DNA of 64,000 bases from Octopus sinensis (lineage: Eukaryota), in the NCBI RefSeq assembly GCF_006345805.1, contig NC_043019.1:8059360-8123359 (forward strand). Direction: 5' to 3'. Positions 54,815-64,000 of the stretch are shown one piece after another; position 1 is the first letter of the stretch; each line of letters starts with the position of its first letter. Made by a program: the position numbers and the translations under genes. A model generated the notes under the pieces. That model did no database searches, was not told where the DNA came from, and worked only from the letters and a program-made list of their open reading frames with translations.

Positions 54815-55225
54815 CAACAGCACATGACCTTGCAAGTGGGGCCCAGTTAGAATTTTCTTCTGGTCGAGTAACCCATCCCACTCAAAAGGTCCCTGATTAA
54901 GGGTTGTTTAAGGATGTTGAACGAAACACCCATGTTTCCAAAGGTAAATTATTCAAACCCCAAAGAATCCCTCTCAACACATGGCTATGATGCTCCCCCA
55001 CTACTGCTCGTGATCAGAAATGCACATATCATCAGCCACTAAGGGACATGGTCAACTGGTTAAGATCAAGCAACTGACAAGCAAATCTGTGGTATTGAGC
55101 AGAATATTTGCTGTAGCTCATCTTTTATACCAAGACAAAATGTACATGATAACACTTCCAATCAGTTAAGATCAGAAGCACGAGAGCCACTGTCTGGTAC
55201 CGTATCAGGGCATATGGTACCGCAT
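54815..55225 (-). mobile_element. Non-coding interspersed repeat fragment abutting (TAA)n, unclassified
   Basis: ~410-bp complex island sharply bounded by (GAA)n and (TTA)n tracts. It resembles an abundant octopus repeat from memory; not verified. Confidence 0.45.
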
Positions 55226-55385
55226 TATTATTATTTTATTATTATTATTATTAGTAGTAGTAGTAGTATTAGTAGTAGTAGTATTTTTATTATTATTAAT
55301 GTTGTTGATGTTGTTTTTGATTTTGTCATTAATATCAAGTGTAAAATGAAACTAATTTGATAATTTGATTTGTGGTGGACGCCAT

Positions 55386-55426
55386 GTTTCGCCTGACAAC
55401 TTATGCAACCGTTTGTCAGGCGAAAC
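55386..55426. other. Perfect 14-bp inverted repeat (hairpin)
   Basis: GTTTCGCCTGACAA, 13-nt loop, TTGTCAGGCGAAAC. Confidence 0.9.
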
Positions 55427-56418
55427 TTTAAGAGCCTTTCAAATGTTATTGCATTCAAAAGAACGAAATTATACATACCTACATACTTATATACCTACAA
55501 GCACACATACATATGTGAACATACACATATATACAAACATATACATACACAGACTAACATATATAAACGCATATATGAAGTAGATAGATGAATGTATACG
55601 TGTATATAAGTGTATATATGTGTACATACACACACACACGCGCATATATATAAGTATACAGAGAGAGAGATCGAGATCGGAGAGGGACAGACAGGAAGAT
55701 ATGCAGATCCAATTTTAGTGGAAAGAGAAGACGTTCAACAACATACAGTATAGAATCGACAGCAGATTTAGAATTCTCTAGAGTATATATACCTAGAATG
55801 GATTAGTTCCTTGGAAACTTTATAATAACTACAATTTTGATACGATTTACAATGGAATGGAAGGATTACCACGAAATTCCCAGCAATTTAATAAGCATAC
55901 AATAAAATGTCTTCAAGCAGCAGCTGCTGTCCAGATTCAATTTCCGGAGAGATTTTAAACTTTACTTCCGTTCTAGCGTACACTTTGTTATCTACGCATT
56001 ACGCCATGTTTCTTTCTTTTCATCTCCACATTTAAATCTCTGCGTTTCAGTGCCGTTCGATGTTTTATACATAAATCATTTTCTCTTTAGTTTCTTACTG
56101 GCATTTTAATAACGAATTAATGAGAAATGAAATAATTAAATTTATTTAATGACAAAAATTGTTAATATTGCTTCTCTTCAAATTTTTATTTCTTTAAATA
56201 ATAAATACTCGTTTTTTCAAAAGACTATAGAAGCTGTTATATATTCGCTGATGACATTTCAAAAGAAAAAAAAATGATACACGCCTATACTATCTATTGT
56301 CATTATTATCGAGACACACAGATACACACACACACGCACACACATATGTATATATATATGTATATGTATGTATGTATATGTATATATATATATGTATATG
56401 TATATATGTATATATATG

Positions 56419-56466
<48 letters not shown>

Positions 56467-56844
56467 TATCTCTGTGCTGTACAAAATACACACACACAAA
56501 ACGAGCCCATTATTGTTAGAGTGTGCTTGCGTATTAATGTATATATGTCTATATATAGATACAGACACACACACAACACATATATATATATGTGTGTGTG
56601 TGCGTATAAATTCAATCGTACATGCCCACAGATATGTGGATGCGCTTCTTGTAAGGCCTATTAAAGCGAGCGTCAGTGCCTGCCAGAGTATGACATAATT
56701 AAAATGTCTACCCACAGATATCGGCCGGTACTTAATTATATTTATTAAAAATTTCACTCATTCATGAAATGGAAATAAAAAAAAGAAGTGGTGACGACTT
56801 TACAATCTCTTAAACAATAGAGCTTCTTGTCATCGAGACGAATA

Positions 56845-58430
<1,586 letters not shown>

Positions 58431-58947
58431 ACACCAATATCCACAAGAAAACGATTGACAACAATAAGAAAAAAACAAGATCAACAACAACAATATCAAA
58501 AATGAAGAACAAAGCATTCACCCAAGAGCTATTCCAAAGAAACACCATCGCCATGTTTACGAAACCGATTTGTATGGAATGTCAGGTAAACGCTAAAATA
58601 CGAGAGATTTTGGGAGAGAAATAATCAGATTTGTTATCACATCAATCATTATCTCCATACTTTGTTTATTTATTGCTTATCTACAAAAATGTATCGCTAA
58701 GAAATACTGTTCCGTTATAATATTCTTTATGTATTACATTAATAACGACAGACGTATACATGATATTGAATGAAGCAGCCGATATCTTTTGCGTCCCTCT
58801 AGTGCTCGTCTCTCTCTCCTCTCTCTCTCTCTCTCCTTGTCGATCTATCTCTCTCTTCTCAAACTGATCATTCATTGTTAGCATGTGTGTGTATATATGT
58901 ATATATATGTATATATAAATATATATATATATATATTATATATATAT

Positions 58948-58983
<36 letters not shown>

Positions 58984-59097
58984 GGTAAATCTAAGCATAT
59001 CAACATATCCATGCACACACATAGATGTATGTGTATGTATATGTATATGCACATATATGTATGTATATAGCGTTTGCGTGTATGTGTATATATATGC

Positions 59098-59138
<41 letters not shown>

Positions 59139-59174
59139 CAGCGACACACAGATGAATGATAGATAGATAGATAG

Positions 59175-59209
<35 letters not shown>

Positions 59210-59229
59210 TTAGATAGATAGATAGATAG

Positions 59230-59326
<97 letters not shown>

Positions 59327-59329
59327 GAG

Positions 59330-59720
59330 GTATTTATGAGAATTATTCTTAACATGGGCGATTGCGGCCACTAACATTAATATCTCTAACGAATATTCAT
59401 GTTCTTTATAAGTGGATCTCGCTCAGAAATTTATCATGTATTTATATATCTATATATATCATATCATATATATATATATTCGTATCTGTATGTGGATGTA
59501 AATGTGTGTTCGCGCTTGACCTCGTGTGTACCGTTGGCGATTTTTTTCCCCTCTATCTTCCCTTCTCTGGATCTTCCTTCCCCTATGTTTCCGACGAAGA
59601 GCTCCGCTCGAAACGTTAAACTATCCTTCTTTCCTTCTTTCCTGAGCGTCCAATAATACTATATTTGTTCCACGTCCTCGCGTTGTTGTGTTCTTTTGTG
59701 TTTTCTTGTTTGGATTAATT
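59330..59720 (+). mobile_element. Penelope-like pLTR fragment
   Basis: Contains the minimal hammerhead at 59587-59621 followed by a T-rich tail. Flanked by (GATA)n and (TA)n. Confidence 0.7.
59587..59621 (+). ncRNA. Minimal type I hammerhead ribozyme (PLE type)
   Basis: GTTT-CCGACGA-a-GAGC(tcc)GCTC-GAAACGTT-AAAC. Stems I and II are 4 bp each, with palindromic ACGT in place of stem III. U4 is replaced by C. Confidence 0.75.
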
Positions 59721-59745
59721 TATATATATTATATATAGATATATA

Positions 59746-59798
<53 letters not shown>

Positions 59799-59836
59799 TA
59801 TATATATATATAGATATATAGATATATATATATATA

Positions 59837-59960
59837 CGTAATGCCTCAACATACGAATTAATTCGTTCCTTGAGAACGCTCGTCAAGCGAAAACTCGTAA
59901 ACAGAAATGAAGCTAGTAAAAGCTCGTAAACATGGTTCTTCCTCGTAAAGTGAGATAACA
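59837..59960 (+). mobile_element. Possible pogo/Tigger-type terminal fragment
   Basis: TA-c(a)gtaatgcctcaacatacgaattaattcgttcc resembles Tigger TIRs, with repeated ctcgtaaa motifs. No partner TIR seen. Confidence 0.3.
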
Positions 59961-59972
59961 CTGTGTGTGTGT

Positions 59973-60015
<43 letters not shown>

Positions 60016-60559
60016 TGTCTATCCTGTTCAAAGATACACGGAAAATAATCAATATTTTTATCTCGCGTTCCGTCAGATTTCTCTCAATCTTTCTTTCCAT
60101 GTATCTCTCCATATTGTCTTCCCCTCTGCTCTGTGCGTGCTCATACACATCTGCAAGTTTGCCTCGATCATACACAATCACCCGAAACAGCAGATGCATG
60201 ATGTTGTATAAAACAAACGACAGCCCTCTGCATCTCTCATCCACGTTCTCCATCTCCTCTCTCTTCCTTCCTCTTTTCTAAAACACATGGCATATATTTA
60301 TATACGTGATCACATAGAGACACAGTCAAAATGCTAACTAATAGAATTTAGAACGAATCAGTCGCCATAACTCACCGCTCTTCTTTGTTTGTACCTCTCT
60401 GTCCATCTAACACAAACGAACGCATGTAAAAACGCACTCAAATACGGGTGAAGCCTTTTACACACACACACACTCACTCACAGATACACCCACATAACAC
60501 ACGCATTTCCAGATACATATGTGTACATTTTGATAATTTACCTCTTATTTGTTTCGAGT

Positions 60560-60722
60560 ATTAGACTGCGGCTATGCTGGGGCAACTTTTTGGAGAATAT
60601 TCAGTAAAATTACTCAACCATAGTACTTGTCTTTTAAAGCATGATATTTATTTTATCGCTGTTCCTTGCCCTTCCGCTAAGTTACGGTGACGTAAAGACA
60701 TCTGGACCAGTTAGTTGTCAAG
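60560..60722 (-). mobile_element. Family A SINE, 3' half (diverged)
   Basis: gactgcggctatgctggggca...ccgctaagttacggtgacgtaaa...ttgtcaag. Confidence 0.7.
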
Positions 60723-60787
60723 AGCTGATGGATAACATAAATATACGCACACATATATCTATGTTCCTGTGTGTGTACATATATATA

Positions 60788-60821
<34 letters not shown>

Positions 60822-60837
60822 TACATGCACACACACA

Positions 60838-61045
60838 CACACGCCGGGCGAAATGCGTAGCCGTATTTCGTCTGCCGTTATGTTTCGAGTTCAAATTATG
60901 CCGAGGTCGACTTTGCCTTTCATCCTTTCGGGGTCGATAAATTAAGTACCAGTTACGCACTGGGGTCGATGTAATCGACTTAATCCCTTTCTCTGTCCTT
61001 GTTTGTCCCATCTGTGTTTAGCTCCTTGTGGGCAATAAAGAAATA
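60838..61045 (+). mobile_element. Family B SINE lacking the extreme 5' end
   Basis: cacgccgggcgaaatgcgtag...gagttcaaattatgccgaggtcgactttgcctttcatcctttcggggtcgataaattaagtaccag. Confidence 0.9.
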
Positions 61046-61059
61046 CATATATATATATA

Positions 61060-61094
<35 letters not shown>

Positions 61095-61245
61095 CCGACA
61101 GGCTTCTTTCAGTTTCCTTCTACCAAATCCACTCACAAGGCTTCTACTATATCGGAGGCTATATCAAATTTGCCAAGATGTGGGATTGAACCTTGATCCA
61201 TGTATTTTGAGAAACAAACATTTCACTACACATTTATGCCTGCGC
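61095..61245 (-). mobile_element. Family A SINE, 5' part (diverged)
   Basis: cgacaggcttctttcagtttcc.tctaccaaatccactcacaaggc is the reverse complement of the family A core. Confidence 0.75.
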
Positions 61246-61702
61246 AGTGAAAAATAATGTAAAAACTGTTTAAATCAAAATGGCACAGACATACTTCTTC
61301 GTCTTCTCCCTCTATCGCTCTTTTTCTCAATTATCCTCTTATGACTGTATTGGCAGCCACTTCCATACGTAAATATTTTGTACATTACACGGATACACTT
61401 CTAAACATGAATATTTCCAAAATGACACATTTCAAAAATACGCTTTACACATCCACATTTACACGGAAAACATCTATAAACATCGATCAAGATAAAGAAA
61501 AGAACTACGGATGGAGAGAGACCATGACACGAGATGGAAGGAGATGAACGGAAAACCAACGAAACGCGGTCACACACGATAAAAGACTGTATGTGATATG
61601 TAACTGTATACTCATGTTCTGCTTGTATGTATATATGTATGCATTCACATGTATATTCTTATACATACATATATATATATGTATGTATGTATATATATAT
61701 AT

Positions 61703-61736
<34 letters not shown>

Positions 61737-61738
61737 AC

Positions 61739-61789
<51 letters not shown>

Positions 61790-62430
61790 ATATATTATGT
61801 ATTATGTATATTATATATATTGTGTGTGTGTGTGTGTGTGTGAGTGTGTACATTATATATATATATTATATTATATACATGCATACATACATGCACACAT
61901 AATATGCGCTCCGTGATCATATTGAAAACTGCATCTGCATATACGTGTTCTTGTGAGAGTTGAGCATTTGTGTGCGTATATACCACCCCCGCGCACATAC
62001 ATATATATGCATACACACACACATATACATATATGAATATACTTATTTATACAATATATCTATAATGAAATTCTGTAAAAAAAAAAACTTATTACGGGTT
62101 GTACTGCCTGTTCTTTATTACTCAGAAATTTCATAACTTGACAACGTTTTTATACAATTGACATACCACAGAAATATTATTGGTACAAAAAAGAACTAAA
62201 ATTTAATAAGTACACATCCTCGTATGCCAACAGATATACATTTACAGCGAAGCATTAACTTTCACACAACCCACATAGACGCTCAAATACAGACAACGAA
62301 ACGTTAAATTGAAAACAGGAAGCTATAATATCGGGAAGTAGGGACGTGGGCGACTTGTGTAGGACAAACAAATGAGGAGATGTAAAACAGAAAATGATAG
62401 AACGAATTTATGATTGCATATATACGTACA

Positions 62431-62476
<46 letters not shown>

Positions 62477-62859
62477 ATACATGTATATGCAGATAGAGAA
62501 ATACACATATATATATGCGTATGTAATTTATATATGATTTCGTAGTGTTGACAAAAATACATTCATATGATTCTGCTGTATGGTGTGTATTGTTTAGTGA
62601 ATTATCAGTGAAAATTCACGCTAAGAAAACCAGACTTGATAGAATGAATGAAACCAGACGACAGTTATATAGTATTTCGAAACAATAGTAACATAAAAAT
62701 GATAAATAAATGTAAAAGAAAAAAAAAAAGATAATAATGACAACATCAGTATAAACGGTAGGAACATTATGATTGGACAAAAAGAAAAAAAAAACGGGGA
62801 AAAAAAGCTCTAGAAATTATGGCATGAACTGAAGTGGAACGAAGCGTATTCGGTATGAA

Positions 62860-62903
62860 CGGAAGTGCGCGGAAGCGAACGGAATCTGGCGGAATGGCGG
62901 ATC
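62860..62903 (+). promoter_or_regulatory. Helically phased array of CGGAA (ETS-like) cores
   Basis: CGGAA at 62860, 62870, 62880 and 62890, and CGGAT at 62898. The first is a full CGGAAGTG. CpG-rich island in AT-rich surroundings. Confidence 0.45.
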
Positions 62904-62915
62904 AGACGAAAGACG

Positions 62916-62953
<38 letters not shown>

Positions 62954-63056
62954 TATATACATACATATATATATATACAAATATGTATATGTATATGTAT
63001 ATATATGTATATATATCATACAAATATATATATATAGAACATATATTATATATATA

Positions 63057-63102
<46 letters not shown>

Positions 63103-63530
63103 ATATATACATACATATGTACACGTATGTTTGAATGGATATATATACATATATATATATATATATACTAATATGTATATGTCTATGTATGTCTATGTGT
63201 ATATATATATATGTATATATAAATATGCGTTTGTAAAGCAAATTGTATGAAGTATAATATAAATCTTTATTTAAAAAAGTATCGCTGGACATTGTGGATT
63301 ATTTGGTGAATTAATGCCATTGAATATCATATTAATAACGGAAGAAAACCTAATATTCAGAGAAAAAACGCAGACGGCAGAAATTCTAACAATGCCAAAA
63401 GTGTATTATACAAAAAAATTTCATTACAAGCATGTATGTATGTGTATAAGTACATATATTTATATATATGTATATATAATATATATAATATATATATATA
63501 TATATTATATATATATATACACATATATAA

Positions 63531-63577
<47 letters not shown>

Positions 63578-64000
63578 CATATATATATATAGATATAGAT
63601 ATAGATATATATAATATCTACCTATCTGAATGTTCGTAGTAAAAAGCATATCCGAGGAAAAATAGTCAGGAATGAACATACAGAGAAATAGTTGGAATGG
63701 AAAGCGTATTTGAATTATTATTTGGGAAAGGAAATATAATGAATATTTTAATGATAATAATACTATTCTCCTTATTATATCGATAATAACATCAATAATT
63801 ATATTACAGTTTTGTATTGATTAGTAAAACAATATTAATGTCAACAACGTAGAAATGGCTTTGGTTTGGTTCATAAATACTGGTTATGTAGATTTGAAAA
63901 CACTGAAAAGAACCACACATATGGAAGTCGTGTCTCGTATTACCTAATTTTTGAAGTCTTTTAATTCGCCAAAAGAAGAGTGTTACCTTCAATCGCCAAC

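Overview
AT-rich eukaryotic DNA saturated with microsatellites, very likely from an octopus. This is an inference from the (TA)n/(CA)n/(GA)n/(GATA)n/(TAA)n/(CAT)n density and recurring tRNA-derived SINE families of octopus type; no search was run. Nearly all ORFs in the supplied track are microsatellite artefacts. The window is intronic or intergenic and mostly mobile-element debris: about 25 SINE copies of three families, a 5'-truncated Penelope-like element (PLE) with a GIY-YIG ORF between ~303-bp inverted repeats, and three distinct R4/Dong LINE 3' ends beside (TAA)n tracts. It also holds a non-autonomous Helitron inside a 1.13-kb tandem duplication, hAT and Tc1/mariner remnants, and a 1.4-kb duplication that looks like an assembly artefact. 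No complete host gene is visible. One well-formed minus-strand exon (46901-47026) and a few weaker ones suggest a large-intron gene. The highlights are a full-length U6 snRNA copy fused to a SINE/LINE-type 3' tail (retro-chimera or U6-headed SINE), seven hammerhead-ribozyme-like motifs with different stem sequences including one in a ~350-bp retrozyme-like unit, and a 10-bp-phased CGGAA array.
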